Positions 35,049 to 50,000 are shown, numbered from the stretch's first letter. The stretch: DNA of 64,000 nt from Cyanophora paradoxa CCMP329 (GCA_004431415.1 QPMI01000527.1:62001-126000), one strand, 5' to 3'. Notes: generated by a model not told the origin, from the sequence alone. A program made the numbers and translations.

Positions 35049-38000
35049 ATGCAAGCATTGCGGAGCCGACTGTCTGCCGAGCTTAGGGAGATGCAATGCG
35101 CAGCTGCGTCAGAACGCTGATACGAGCTTGACTTCGAATGCAGGGCCGAAGAGGAGCAGGCCGAGGTGGCAGCAGAGGAAACGCCCCGCAGCGCAGTACC
35201 CCTCTGGCGCCAAGCTTTCTTCAAAAAGAAGCAGCCGGTGGGGGCTGGTCAGGCTGCGCAAGCGTCAGAGAGGGCCAGAAGCGAAGCTATAGCCGCCGCC
35301 GCCGATCCGCGCCTCGATGCCGCCGCCCCGCCCGGCCGCATGCGGCGTGCCTCCCGTGCGCGTATTTCCTTAGATCTTTCCCTGGAGTAGTGTGAAGCCC
35401 TCGTCCGGCGCCACCGCCCCCGATAGCTAAGCAATAGCAAGTTGCAATGAGCAAGTCGGGACGCGCGGCGCGGTTCGAGTTCGATGCCGAGGTGGTGCCG
35501 CGCGTCACGGAATGGGTGGCGGAGGCGCGTGCGCTCTTCGCGCGGTCCAAGGTGGCGGAGGCGCCCGCGGAGTGGGCCCTGGGCCTCGAGGACGTCATCG
35601 AGGGGATCACGGTGCGGGGCGTGTGCCGGCGCGGGCCCCGCGGGGCGGCGGGCGCGACGGGGCGCGACGGGGCGGGCGTGGGCAGGTCTCGTACGCGGCG
35701 CGGCTGGTGGCGAGCCTGGTGAACGAGTACGAGGCGGTGCGGCTGGAGAGCGCCGGGCTCCTCGTCGCACTCGCCTCCCTCCTCGGGCCGGCCCCGCTCG
35801 AGGAGGCCCCGGCCCGCGCCGCCGTCGACGCCTTCCGCGCCGACGAGAGCGGTGCGCACGCCGCCCGCCCGCACCGACAGCGCCAGCCGCCGCCGGCCGC
35901 CTCCGACCCGACGGGGCAGGCTTCAACGACGCGGTGCACGGGCTGATGCGGCTGGCCGGTCCGCCGCTGTGCCGCGGGGCGTTCGGCTCGGCGCTGGTGG
36001 CGGCGCTGGAGGGGTACTACGCGCACCCGGACCTGGCGGTGCAGCGGGCGGCCATCGCCGCGAGCTCGCGTGTCATGGCGGAGGGCGCGGACGCGTTCGG
36101 CGCCGAGATCCACCCCGCCGGCGTCTACGCCCTCTTCTTCCTGCTCGACGTGCCGCCCCCCGCCGGCGCCCTCGCCGCCCTCGACCCCCGCCGCCTCGCC
36201 GTCGTCGAGGGCCTCGGCCTCCTCGCGCCCCTCTACGCCGCCTCCGACGGCGCCCTCGCCGGCCACGTCCTCGCGCGGCTCCTGCAGGCCCCCGCCGGGG
36301 GCGCCCGCGAGACCGCCGCCCTCCAGCGCGCCCTCGCCGCCATCTTCGGCTGCTGCGCGGGGCCCGGGCCCGGCCGGCCTCCGGGCCGCCTGGGGCGCCC
36401 TCCTCGCCGCCCTCTCGGGGCAGCCGGCGGGGAGGAGCGCCTCGGGCTGCTCGCCTGGGCCGCCGCCGAGCTGCTCCGCGCCGCCCCGCCCGGCCCGCCG
36501 CCCTCCCCGCCGCCGCCGCCCTCCACGAGGCCACCGCCCAGGCGAGCGTTCCCCCGTCGCGCACCGCCCCGCCCCACCCCGCCCCCCGCCCCGCCCGGCG
36601 AGCGGGGCGCGCAGGTGCTGCAGCACTGCCGCGGGCCCTCGCCCGCCCTCCGCTACGGCGCCGCCGCCCTCCTCGCCGCCCTCCTGCACGCGTATCCCCC
36701 GCTCGTCGTGCGCGTAACCCCCTCCGCCCGGCCCGACACGGCCAACCACCCTCGCAGGACGAGTGCCCGGACCCGGTCTTCTTCCCCCTCTTCGTCGGCT
36801 GCTTCGTGCGCGGCGCCCCGGGCAGGCGGGGCGGGGCGTGACGCGGGGGGCTGGGGGGTACAGGACGCGGACCGGTCGGTGCGGCGGCTGCACCTCACCA
36901 TGCTCGCCACGCACGCGGAGGCCAAAGTACGCCGTACCCCTCCCCGCCCCTCCCCCGCCCACGCCTGATCTGACTTCGTTCGCCCCCAGGGCTGGCGCGC
37001 CGTCTACCGCCCCGTGAACAGGCAGCCCGGCCCCGCCCCGCCCCGAGCCCCGCGCCCCCCTCCGCCCCTCTCTTAGGCCGCCTCTCAGGTACCTCTCGGC
37101 GTACGCGGGGTACCGGGACGAGGAGGAGGAGCGGGAGGCGGCGGAGGAGGCGAAGGGCATCCCCCTCGTCGTCAGCACCGCCGAGGCGCGCGCTTTATAA
37201 GAACTCTAATCAATGAAGTCTTCTACGGATCTAATCTAAAAGGAGTCTTCTATCGCCCCCTCCGAGTCTTCCACCGCGCCCCGCCACCTCCGCCCCGCCC
37301 CCCCGTCCCCGCCCCGCCCCCGCCCCCGCCGCCCCCGCCGCCACGCGAACGACCACGCGAACGCCACGCGAAGAGCCTTCCCCGCCCGCCCCGCTGCCCC
37401 GCCCCGCCCCGCCCCCTCCGCCCCTCCGCCCCCGCCGCCCGGGGCTGACGTGCCCCGCCCGCGCAGCAGGCGGAGGAGGGCCCGGACCTCGCCGCGGGCC
37501 TCCGCGAGGCCCTCGCCACCGCCGCCCGCCTCGGGCCCCCGGTGCGCCCGCCAGCTTTGGACCCCTCGCCTCAGCCGTGGACCCTCACCGCCTCCGGGGC
37601 CGGCGCAGGTGGAGCCGCGGGCCCTCCAGGCCCTCCTCAGCGCCATCCCCCACGAGCCCCTGGTGCCCCCGCCCCCGCTCCCCACAGATCAAAGATCTTA
37701 GATCAGATATCTGCTAAGCTCTTTTAAGTTCATTCGATTCGATTTATAAGATATAAGATGGTGCCCCCGCCCCCGCTCCCCTACGATACAAGATCTTAGA
37801 TCGAAGATATGCTAAGATCTAACCTCCTCGAGCCTGGCGCGTTCGCTGAGGCTCCGACTCGCTCGCGGCAGGAGCGGCAGCGGGAGGGGATGGGGATGGC
37901 GGCGATGCTGGCGGGGCGGCTCGCGGCGTGCCCCGCGACACTCGTGGCGGCGCTGCTGGCGCCGCTGCTCGCGCCGGCGCCGGACCGCGCCCTCGCCGAG

Positions 38001-41000
38001 GCCGCCTTCGCCGCCCTCGCCGAGGCCGCCCCCGCCCTCGCCGCCGCCGGCGAGCACGCCCTCGCCAGGCCCGCCCGCCCTCTCTCTCTTGAAGGATCCT
38101 AAGAGCTCTCATAAGAGATCCTAATAAGGACCATGCAAGGATCTTAAGAGCTCTTGTTAGAGTCTAATCTAAGAGCTCTCATAAGAGATCCTAATAAGGA
38201 CCATGCAAGGATCTTAAGAGCTCTTGTTAGAGTCTAATCTAAGAGCTCTCATAAGAGATCCTAATAAGGACCATGCAAGGATCTTAAGAGCTCTTATGAG
38301 AATCTAATCTAATCTCACGAGCGCAGCGTGCACGCGCACGCGATGCGGCTGCTGGCGGCGGCGGCGGACGCCGGGGACCCCGCGGCCGGCGCCCTCGCCC
38401 CCGCCCTCCTCGCCGCCGCCGCCCGCCTGCCCCTCGAGAAGCTCCCCGCCCCGCCCCGCGCCGCCCTCCTCCGCGCCCTCCTCCGGTGCGCCTTCGATGG
38501 GATTCTTATAAGAAACACACTAAGTTCTTCTAAGAAAGACACTAAGTTCTTATAAGAAACACACTAAGTTCTTATAAGAAACACGCCGAGCCCGCCCGCC
38601 CCCCTCACTGGCGGCTCGCCCTCGGCCGGCAGGCTCGCGTACCACCCGTCGCCCCCCGTGCGGGCGGCCGCCTACGCCGCCGCCGCCGCCGCCGGCCGCC
38701 TCTGGACCGCCGAGGTCCGCACGGGAGCCGGCTTACTTATTGGCCGCTTACTCACGCCCGGACAGCTCGCGGACCTGCCGCTGGCCCTCCTGTTCGTGGC
38801 CCTTGGGGACCGCCACCCGCCCAAGCGCGCCCCGCCGCCCGCACCGTTCGTTCCGTCTTGTTTCGTTTGTTCGCTCACGATTTCGCGCAGCGCGGCGGCG
38901 GCGGCGGACGCGCTGGAGTCGCTGCTGGCGGACCGCGGGCCCTACGCGCCGGCGCTCGCAGCTGTGCGGGAGCGCCGCGCGGGCCTCGCCGCCCGAGACG
39001 ACCCGTCCCGCCTCCACGCATATCCTCCGCCCCGCCCCGCCCCGCGCCGCTCGGCCCCGCTTCGCCCTTGACCGCCCCGCGCCACGCTCGACGCGATCGC
39101 GAACGCGATTGTGGGACTCGGGAGCAACTCGCTCCTCTACAGGGTGAGAATCCCGAAGGATCTAACATAATAATCGCATAGGATAAATCCGGATCGGGTC
39201 GCAGAGCTTCTCGGACGAGGGACTGCGGGAGCTGGTGACGGCGGACCTCGCGCGGCCCCTCCCCATCCTCGCATCCGACCTGCCGCCGGCCGAGCGCGCC
39301 CCGCCCTCGCCCGCCGCCGACCCGGCGGCGGCGGCGGCGGCCCGGGGCCCCTCGCCGGCGCGGGGGCCGAGGAGCGGCCCCATCTGAGCGCCTGGGCCGC
39401 GCTTCTCTACAGCAAGCTAGGGGCCACCCTCACGGCGCGCCGCCCCGCCCGCTCCCGGCGGCCTTCGCTTACGGGCCGGCGCGGCAGGTGACGGCGGAGC
39501 AGCAGCGGGCGCTGGAGGGCGTGGCGCGGGCGGGGCAGCCCGTCCACCCGCTCCGCCTCCTCCGCCCCGCACTCGCCCACCCCAACCCCGCCGTGCGACG
39601 CCGCCCGCCCCGCCCGCCCGCCCGCCCGCTCCGCCCCGTCGAGTAAGAGAGCGGGCGGCAGGTACGGCTGGCGGCGTGCGTGGCGGTCCGGCGCGCCTGC
39701 TTCGCCGCCGACGCCGTAAACTTCGCCTCTCTCGCCGAGGCAAGACTAGAATCTTATAAGAATCTTATAAGAACTTCTTTGAGATTCTAATAACGAACCG
39801 CCAGGCGGTGGACATCCTCCTGCCCTCGCTGCTCGCGACGGCCGCTGCGGTCCCCGCCACGCCGCCGACGGCCTCGGCGACCTCCGGCGTCCCCGGGACC
39901 CCCGGCCTGCTCTCGGCCACGACGGGCAGCGCCGTGCCGCCCACGCCGCGCACGCCGGCGCAGGCGCCCCTCGCGGCTCCCTTCGCGTCGCCCCTGGCGC
40001 TCGGGAGCCCCGGGCCCGGGGGCGCCGGCCCGCCCAGCATCACCCTCTCCACGCCGGCGGGCCCGGGGGCCGGCGCCGGGGCCGAGCGCCCCCTTGACCG
40101 GGGCCTGGACGAGCCGCACCTCGCAGAGTGAGATTAGATCCCGCGCCCGCCGCGCACCCGCCCGCCCTCGCTCAGCCTGGTGCAGGGCGGCGCTGCTGGT
40201 CTTCGCGCAGCTCGTCCCCTTCAAGATCCGCGGCCTCAACAAGCTCGTGCGCGCGGCTTTAGGCCGTAAGCTCTCCGAGCCTTTCTCCGACCGAGGCGGG
40301 GCGGGGCCACAGGTGTGCGACCAGGCGCTGGAGCCTTTGCTAATGCTCATCGAAGACGCCGGCGACGTGGCGGCGGCGGCCGGCGGGCTCCCCTCCGCCT
40401 CGGGCCGCCGCGCGGGGCCCCTCTGCGCCCGCCGCGCCATCGAGCTCGCCGAGGCACGCGTATACGTACCCCCCTCCGTCTTCTCCCCCTTCCCGGCGTC
40501 TAAGCTTTCTTTTTCGGCGCAGGCGCTGCTGCTGGCGTGCCCTGCCGCCTTCACCGACTCGATCGAGCGCCTCCGCGACGCGCTAAGGTGCCGCCCGCGC
40601 GGGCGCCAGCCCCGAATTTGATCCGCGCAAACCGAATTCGATCCGGCGGCAGGCGCGCCATCGTGCACGCGCCCGAGGAGGCGGGGCGGGCGGCCGAGCG
40701 GCTGTACCCCCTCGTCTTCCGGGCCGCGACCTCGGGGGGCGACGCGGAGCTCGGGCGCTCGTTCGTGGGGTGCGCGCGCCCCAGAGATAGCCCAAGGACG
40801 CTAACCGTTAGACCCTTGTGTTGCTCGCGCTCGGTTCTTCTCGTCGCCTCTGACCCTCCAACTCTTCTCTTCTCCGGCGCACGCGGGCGCAGGTACGCGC
40901 GGGGGGACGTGCAGCCGGCGCTGGACCCGCGCTGGGAGAGCCCCGCCGACCACATGCTCGCCGGCCTCTCCCTCCCCCAGCTCCGCGGTGCGCGTACCCC

Positions 41001-44000
41001 TTTGCTCTCTCCCTCCAGAAGAGGACTCCCTCTAGATCTGATCCGAGATCCGACCGGATCTAACAACGACGACCGCGACCCGCCGGCGCAGTGCTGGCGG
41101 TGGCCTCTGTGGACGCCCTTGGGGCCGTCATGGACCCCCGGGTACGAGCTCTTTTAAGCTCCCCCCCCCCTCCCCCCCTCCCCTCCCCCTCTATGATGCT
41201 ACGATGATCCAGCATCCATCCGATTTCCCCGAAGCCCCCGCAAAGAATCTATCTGACGGGGCGGAGCGGCGGCAGCCTATAAGACGCCCCCTATATATCT
41301 CAGAAGACGACCTTTTTAAGCTCCAAACTCTTCTTTGCGAATCCGTCCGTCTCTGAACGCGCGGGGGCAGCTGGCGGCGGGGGTGCTGGAGGAGGTGCTG
41401 CCGCTGCTGCACCACGCGGAGCCGGCGCTCCGCCTCGCCGCCCTCGAGGCCGCCCTCGCCCAGGCAAGGAGGAGTCCCATGGAGCCTAAATTTGAGAAGA
41501 ACCTAAAATTAGGCCGCCCCTGCCTTAGCTCTTAGATCTAAATTCCCCGCCTTATGTTGAGAAGAACCTGATAGCTCTCACATAGCAAGAAACTAAGCTT
41601 CTCGCCTGGGCGGGGGTGGCCTCGTCGAGGCCGTCCTCGCCCAGGCGCGCCCCTGAATCCCGCCCATCTCAGGATTTAGAACTCTAGATTCCCCGCCTTA
41701 TGTGCCTTCTTCCTGACTCGATTCCTCCTCCTCACGCCCGGGGCAGCTGCCGCAGGCGGAAATTTGAAAATAAGTTTAATAAGCCCCAGATCTCAGGATT
41801 AAGAGCTCTAAATATCCCCCGCCTGATGTGTCTTCCTCCCGATTCCTCCGCCTTAGACTCCCGGCAGCTGCCGCAGGCGGAGAAGGCGGAGGTGCTTGAG
41901 GAGGGCCCGGGGCCGGCCCCCGCCGCCACCGCCGCCGCCCGCGCCGTCTGGGTCGCCCTGCCCCTCCTCGCGGACCCCGTCGGCGAGGTGCGCACGAATC
42001 CGAACCCAACAAAGCTCACCCAACAATCCGAACCCAACAAAGAAGCTTTACAAAACTAATAACGAATGCTCCCCCCGCTGACCCCGACCCCGTCGTCCCT
42101 CCCTATTTCTTTTCCTTCGGCCCGACGATCGCGAGCCCCGCAGGTGCGGGCGGCCTGGCGCCGGTACCTCGCCGGCGTGGCGGGCCTCCTCGACCACAGG
42201 GTGCGTCCGCAGTGTGTTCTCTTTCATTCTAGTCAAGAGGACGCAGGGCGCGCCCGCCCCGCCTCGCCCGCCCGCCTCTTCCTCTTCCCTTTCCGTTCCT
42301 CGCGCCTCATCCTCTCGGCGCGCGCAGGCGGCGCTGCTGCCGGTGGACGCGGAGGCGAACGACGCGATCGTCGCCGCGCTCTCCTCCGGCGCCCGCGCCG
42401 CCCCCTCGTCCGCACGCGCCCATAAAAATAAGCGAAAGCATAGCGAAAGCATAATAAGCCTCTCATAAGAACCTCCTAATAAGAACCTCGTCCGCACGCG
42501 CCCTCCCTCGAGAAATTAACCTAGGGAAGCACAATAACAAGAACCGAGCACCGCCTCGCCTCGCCTCGCTTTGCTTTTCTGAGGGGCGGGCGGCAGGGCG
42601 CGCGGGGCCGGGGCCGGGGCCGGGGCGGCGGGGGCGGGCGGGGTGCCCCCGACGCCGCGGCAGGCGGGGGCGGCCGCCCTGCGGCTCGCCGTCACAGCCG
42701 CCGGCTTCGAGTCGGGCCTCACCCAGGCCCGCCCCGCCCCGCCCCGCCCCGCCCCGCCCCGCCCGCTCGCCCCTCGCCCGACGCGACCAGCGCAGACGGT
42801 CCTGCCGAAGCTGGTGGCGCGGCCGGAGGCGCCCGGGGCTCCTTTCTACCTCGCCCCGCCCCCGGGCTACGAGCTCAACGCCCGTTCCCCCCGCGCCCGC
42901 CCGCCCGCCTAAAATCTTAGACAGGGCGTCTAATTAGAATCCAAGCAGCGTTCCTAGACCCGTTCTCCCGCCCACCGGTCTTGACGTCCCGTGCGCAGAA
43001 AGAGGAGGCGGGTCCGCCGCCGGCGCCCAACGGCGCGCTCCTCGAGCGCATGCAGGTGCGCATGCGCGCCCCAGCAAATGAAGAACGCTCACAACAAGAA
43101 GAAGAATGCGCCCCTCCACCAGTCCGCCCCTGTCCTGACCGCGCGCGCTCGCTCCGTTTCGCAGTCGCTCCATTAAAATATTAGAATCTAAGAATCTTAG
43201 AATCTTAGAATAAGAGCAAGTGAAGCGCGGCAACACAAGGACCCGCCCTGACCGCGCTCGCTTGGCTTCGCAGTCGCTGCTGAACTCGCTGCGGGCGGCC
43301 GGCGACGGGACGCCGGCCTCCCTCGCCGCCGCCGTCGGCGACGAGGCCGGGCAGGTCCGTCCAGGGCGGGGCAGGGCAGGCCCCGCCTTCTCCTCCACTG
43401 CAGGCCGCGGCGGCGTGGGCAGGGCAGGGCTTAGAGGCCAGAGGGTAGGCTATGCTAGAGGGCCCGCCTCCCGATGATGTGCAGCCGAGTCGGGAGGCGG
43501 CCCGGGCCGCCTCGCCTAGCCTAGCCGGAGGTCCGTCCAGGTCCGTCCGTCCAGGGCGGGGCCCTAGCCGAGCTTCCTCCGGCTGGGCTAGGCGGGATCG
43601 GGAGGCTGCGCACCGGGAGGCGGGCCATCTCGCCTAGCCTAGGGGCTAGGCTTGGCTAGAGAGCCTAGCTAGGCTAGGGCAGGGATTAGAGGCAAGAGGG
43701 TAGGCTAGAGGGCCCGCGCGCCTCCCGATGATATGCAGCCGAGTCGGGAGGCGGCCCGGGCCGCCTCGCCTAGCCTAGCCGCCTAGCCGCCTAGCCTAGC
43801 CGAGCCTAGTCGCCTAGCCTAGCCGGAGAAAGCGGGAGGGCCTACCGCCGCACCTCCTCCTCCCCCCGCCTCGTCTTATCTCACCGTCTCCCCCACCCCC
43901 CTCCCCCCCCGCCTCGTCTCATCTCACCGCACCCCCGCAGGCGGCTGTGGCGTACCACCTGGACTGCTTCCGGGCGCTGAACGACCCCCTCCCGGGCGCC

Positions 44001-47000
44001 GCCCTCCTCGCCCTCTCCGAGCTCGCCGCGCTGCTCCCGGCCGCCGTCGGGCCCAGCGCCCTCCAGACCCTCCTCCAGTCGGCCGCCCGCCAACTCGGCC
44101 CCGCCACCCGCCACCAGGTGAAGCGAGCGAAGAAGAAGAAACCAATCCTAACCTGACCTAACCTAACCAAACAAATCTAAACAGATGCAGACATAAACTA
44201 ATGCAGACATAGAAACCAAGCAATAACAGTCTAACTAATTCTAAACTAACTCACTAATGCAACTGAAGCTTCTAATCAATATAAGCCAAGCTAAGCAATC
44301 CTCGCCCAGGTGCTCCCGGCGTGCGTGGGGCTGGTGAACCTCTCGCGGGCCTCCAAGGAGCTCTTCGAGGAGGCGGTCGGCGTGCTCGGCGGGGCGGCGG
44401 CGGCCGCCGAGGGGCAGCTCCTCGCCCTCCGCGCCCTCGTGCCCCTCCTCGCCCAGGTGCGGCCCGCGCCGAGCCGAATGGCATTCTTTGGGAAAGATCT
44501 AGCATGACCCTTCTAGAGGCAATAGTTGGATAAGAGGCAATCTAGCAAACAGTCTCTAGCGAATAATTTGAAGAGCGGTATCTAGCAAGAACCTTCTAGC
44601 TAGAAGCAATCTAGTTTGATGAGAGTCAATCTAGCAAACAGTCTCTGCGGATCTAGATTTAGGAACAAGTTAGGAAGAAGCAATCTAGCAAACAGTGTCC
44701 GCGGCCTCCTCGCTGAGCCGCGCGCGTTTGTACGGCCGCAGCGGTGCAAGGAGCGCGCGGACCCCATCGCAACGCACTACGCCCAGGTCCGTCGGGCCTC
44801 CTCCCAGTCCTAGACCGGCCCCCGGGCCTAGGCCCGGCCCCTCCCCGTCCCTCCAGCCTCCAAATGAGCTCAGTGACTTGAATTTGTGCGCAGTTCCTGA
44901 ACCGGACGTCGGCCCCCCCCGAGACGCGCCGCGCCGCCATGGAGCTCATCGGTACCCCCCCCTCCCTTCCTTCCCCCCACCCCACCCTACCCCTTCCTTT
45001 CTTTACTGAAACTTCGTTCGCAGGGGAGCTGGCGCCGCTCGTCTCGCCGGCCACCGTCTCCGCCATCGCCGAGAAGGCCCGCCCCGTCTAAGCCTAAGTC
45101 TCCAAAAACAATACGAAAATTTATCTAGAAACCGCCCAAGAAAGAGAATCCATAAGAAGTTTCCACCAAAACAGGAACGAATCTATCTAGAAACCACCCC
45201 ACCCCGCCCCACCTCTCGTCGCTGGCCCTGGCCGGCTCTCGTTGCCTCGTTTGCTTCTCGTCGTGCTCAGCCGGCCCGGGCCGCGAGCAGGTGCGGGAGA
45301 TGCTGGAGCAGGCCCTCGCCGGAGGCGGAGGCGGAGGCGGAGGCGGAGGCGGATTCGAGGACCAGGCGAGCCGCCCGACCCCCATGACTCCGATCTGTCC
45401 AACCCGATCTGACTTCTCCGCGGCCCGCAGGTGCTGAAGTTCATGGGGCAGGTGCCGCGGGAGCACGGCATCGTCCTCCGCCTCCTCGACGAGGCCGCCG
45501 CCTCCCTCCCAAGGTCCCTTCCTTGGATCTTTCTAAGGACCGCTCGAGGGGCCTTGCCGAAATCCCATAAGAACTTTAAGGATACCACAAGATGCCTCTT
45601 CTCTGACGCCTCCGGATCCTCTGACACTTCTTCGCTCTGACGCTTCCCTTCCCCTTCCCCCTCTTCTCCGCAGCGCGGCGGACGAGCGGCGGGCGAAGGC
45701 GGCCGTCCTCTTCCGCGTCGTCGCCAAGCACGCCCCGGCGCGCCCCGCCCGGCCCGACAACAAGACTCTGATTAGATTGGATATAAGCTCTTGGATCTTA
45801 GAGATCGTCGCCCCGCCCCGCCCCGCCCCGCCCTTCCCTGTCTTCTGAGGCGGCCCGGCCCCTCCCCCGCAGCCCGAGAAGGTCATCTACTTCGTGCTGC
45901 ACCTCCTCGCCGACCCCTCCCCCCGCGTGCGCCCTCCCGCTCGGCCCCGCCCTCTAGTAGTAGTGCTCCGTCTAGGCGGCCAGGCGGGCGGTCGGTCGGT
46001 CCAGCCTCTGGTCGATGGTTGATTCGATCCCCTCGCTCCCCCCGGCAGCTGCGGGAGCGGGGGGTACGGCTCATGCTGGACCGGCGCGCCCTCGGGTCCG
46101 CCCTCTGCGACCCGCTCCGCGCCATCCTCACAGAGGTGCGCGTACCCCCCTTACCCCCCCCCCCCCCCCCTTCCGAGAAAAAGGTTTGAATGTTAGCGCC
46201 GCGCCCCTTTGCTCCGCTCCGCGCGCAGGCCGGGAACGCCCTCCTGAAGGCGGCGACGGCGGGGGGCGCCAAGGGCGCGAAGCTCGTCCCGATGCTCACG
46301 CCGCCCGCCGCCGCCGCCGCCGCCGCCGCCCCGCCGCAGCCCGCCCCCGAGGTCCGTGGGACCCTCTGCAAGAATGCTAGAAGAGAATCTAAAATCTAAT
46401 AACTTGCTAGAAGAGAATCTAGAGGGCCTAAAATCTAATAACTTGCTAGAAGGGACCCTCTGCAAAAATGCTAGAAGAGAATCTAGAGGGCCGCTTGACT
46501 ACGCTTCGCTTTCTTCTCCGCTGAGGCCCGCCGGCAGCTGGCGACGGGTCCGCTGGCTGGGCGCCTCTCGCAGTGGGCCGGGCGCGTGATGGCCTCCCTG
46601 CACGGCGCCGGCCCGGCCCGCGGAGGGCACGGCGGCGGCGGCGTTCCCGGTACCCCCGCGACGCCGGGCACGCCCGGCACGCCCAGTACCCCCGGGGGGC
46701 CGGGCCGGGGGTCTGGGTCCGGCATCGCTGGGGACGGCCTGCCCGAGGAGATGTGGGGCACGCGGGCCGACCCCTGCAACGCCGCCCTGCTCTCCTCGCC
46801 GGCCTACCAGGCGGCCGCCCGCGCCTACGGGCTGCCCCCCGCCGCCCTCCGCATCCCGGAGAACGCGGCGGCCGCCGCCGGCCGCATGCTCGCCGGAGCC
46901 TCCAAGTCCAAGGTGGGCTAGGGCTAGGGCTAGGGCTAGGCTGGGCTAGCCGACGGCGGCCTCGGGCTGAATCGAGCGGCAGCTAGGCTAGGGGCTAGGG

Positions 47001-50000
47001 GCTAGGGCTAGGGCTAAGCTAGGCTAGGCTGAGCCGCCTCAAAAGAACGCAGCCCAAGTACGCCGAAGGCCTAACCGAGCGGTGCAGGGCGCGGCGGCGT
47101 CGGAGGTGGCGGAGGAGGCGGCGGAGCGCGCCGCGGCCGCGACGCTCGCCCCCGCGGCCTTCACGGTGCGCCCGCCCGCCTCCCGTCTAACAGGAACCTA
47201 AAAGGACTTATTAGCCCTTCAAAAATAACGCTAACGGACTCTTTATTAAAGAGAACAAGAACCTAACAACTTCAGTGGGGCCACCCCCGCGGCCTTCACG
47301 GCGCGCCCGCCTCCCGCCCCGATAATACTGAACTTCAGCAAGAACCTAACAGGAATCTGAAAGGACTTATTATTAGACTCTCCTAATCAGACCAACATTC
47401 TCCAACACACTCCTTAGAGGCGAACAGGAAACTAACAAGACTCCCTTCGATCGCAGGCAGTGGCGCAGGACCCGGCGCCCGTGGCGAGCCTCGTGATGAA
47501 GGCGTGGCCGGCAGCCGCCGCCGCCGCGCTGGACGCGCTCCAGGCCGCCCTCACCGCCGGCCCGCCCCTCTTCTAATAATAAGCGATCGCGAAGAAAGCG
47601 AGCGAGTATGACTGGGGAGCAGAGGCGTCGGCGCCGGGGCGGGCGGCCGCGGCGGCGGCGGCGGCGCGCGTGCACGCCATGCAGGTCTTCGCCGCGCTCC
47701 TCCGCGCTGCCGATGGTCCGCCCCCCTCCCCCTCCCCCCCCCCCCTAGGCCTCCTTTTCATTTTCGCCGCAGGCGTGCGCGGGGACGTGGCGCAGCGGCT
47801 CGAGTCGCTCTGCTCCTTCGCGGACGACTGCGCCCGCCGGTCCGTGTAATTATAATCTAATAAGGGATCTTATAGGAATCTAATAGGAATCTAACAAGAA
47901 TCGAATAAGAATCTTATATTAAAGAGGCTGAGAATCTAAGAAACTAAGAATGCAGCAAGATTCTCTAACTAAGAGAATGAACTAATGAGAATGAACTAAC
48001 ATGACTTATCTGATGACCATGACCAAGAAGAACCGCGGCTCTTGAGGCGCCGCTTCTCCGCCCGCCTCCTCTCTTTCTTCTGAGGCGGCACGGCGCAGGG
48101 CGGACGTGGCGCGGGAGTCGGTCTTCGCGGAGGCGCAGCGGTCGCTCTTCCTCGGGCCCCGCCTCCTCGACCTCCCCGTCCCCAGGCCCGCCCCGCACCG
48201 CCCCGCCCTGTCTCAGATGAAAGACTCTAAGAATCTAACAATAAGTATTAAGCGAGGCCCGCCGGCCCGCCCCGCTCCGCCCCGCCCCTGATGAAGCTTT
48301 AAAGACTTTATCTTAAAAGACTTTATCTTAAAAGAGTATGCTCTAGAGACTTTATCTTACAGGAGGTCTATTGAGCCCCCCCCTTCTTTATCTGAGGCCC
48401 GCCGGCCCGTTTCGCTCTGCCCCGCCCCTGTAGATCTAGACTTTATCTAACAAGTATGCTTTGAGCCCCCCCGCGCCCCCCTTACTTCGTTCGCTTCGCC
48501 CGCAGCGGGGAGGCGCACGCGCTGCGGCACGCGCACCGGCGGCGGCTGGAGGCGGCGGCGACGGACCGGACCGCGCACGACGAGCTCGCCAAGGAGCGCG
48601 GTGCGCCTCCCGACCCCCGCTAGAAGGCGGCTGAGCCCTATACGGGGTGTCCTACAAGAATCTAACCTAATGAACAACAAGAGCAATGTAATCTAAGAAT
48701 AAGAACCGCGGAAAGGCTGAGCTGAGCTGCCGGGCGCAGGGGACTGCCGGCGGGCGCTGGACGCCCGCCACTCGGAGCTGTGGGCGCTCAATTTCGCAGC
48801 CCAGGCCCGCCCCGCCCCGCCCCGCCCCGCCCCGCCCCGCCCCGCCCGCTTAGCTTCCCTGGGCCTCCTAACTAACTGATCTATTAACTAACCTAACTAA
48901 TTGACTAGCTTCCTAACCTCTAGATCTTAACCAACTAATTATAACCTCGCCGCCCCGCCCCGCCCCGCCCGCTCAGCCTCCGCCCGCTCTTCTCTAGAGC
49001 CGGCTTTGACGCGAGGCCCGTCGCCCTGCAGGCCGCCATGCAGACCGCATCCTCGGCCTACCGCTCCGCCGCCCGTGCGCGCCCGATCTGTTGCCTTAGC
49101 GAAACGCATCGAATCGAATCGAATCGCGCGAGCAGACATGCCGGCGGAGCAGCTGCTGCGGGGGTACGGCTGGTTCTCTCGCCACATGTACCACGCCCAC
49201 CGGTGCCCCCCCCCCTCCCCCCCCTCCCCCCCCCCCCCTCCCCGCCCCAGAGATCGCCCGCGCCCCGCTCAGCTTGCGATTGCGATCGGAAGGGGAGTGC
49301 GGGGTATCGCGGCGGAGGCGGTGGTGGGCATCGCCCACGAGCGCGGCCTCGCCTCCTCCCACGTGCAGGTCCGTTCCGTCCGCGCCAAGAATCTGAAAAT
49401 AGCCACGAAGAATCTAAGACATGAGCCACGCGCAATGGCCACGCGCCACGCGCTCATCGCTGCATAAGTTTTCACGCCCGATGCCTCACCCGCTCTCATC
49501 TCGCGTTGTCTCCCATGCTGACCCGCCTCTCCCGACCTCCGCCCCGCCGCGCGCAGGCGGCGCTGGTAAAGACGGTAGAGGGCCTGCGCGGCGCCCTCGA
49601 GGCCGACCTGTCCGCCGCCGCCCCCCTCCGCCGCGTCCGCCCTTGCTTTCATTCGATCTGCTTCGCTTTGCTTTGACGCTTTACTTCGCGTCGCAGACAA
49701 AGGCGCACCTGCTGCTGGCGCTGGGGCGGCTGCTCCCGCTGTACCGGGCCCCCGCCAAGGCCCCCGGCGCGCACGACGCGGCCGCCACCGGCGCCCTCCG
49801 CACCGCCTGCATCGCCCTCCTCATGAGGCCCGCCAAGTCTAATAAACGAACTCTAAGAGAACAACTCTAAGAACCTAGTTGACCTAAGAACCACCCATCG
49901 CCTCCATCGCCCTCCTCATGCAGCGCGCCCGCCCGCCCCTCCCCGCCTGCCACATATGCACCGCGAAGAACGGCAACAAGAAGAACAACAACCCAACAAC

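Noticed and set aside
35484-37178. Long ORFs (494 aa plus, 523 aa minus) as standalone genes
   Set aside because: The plus ORF reads through introns of the HEAT gene, and the minus ORF is a GC-rich antisense shadow. The same applies to most Arg/Gly/Pro-rich ORFs in the track.
38099-38310. CRISPR-like array
   Set aside because: Head-to-tail 70-bp units with no unique spacers, intronic, and no cas genes.
41694-41830. ccttatgtg versus cctgatgtg as evidence for TpG-to-TpA mutation
   Set aside because: It is a G/T difference, not G/A, so it was excluded. The 37684/37782 case is an indel and was also excluded.
46915-47030. Interstitial telomere (CTAGGG)n
   Set aside because: Short, irregular, and grades into CTAGG/CTGGG variants seen in other introns; no TTAGGG-type array.
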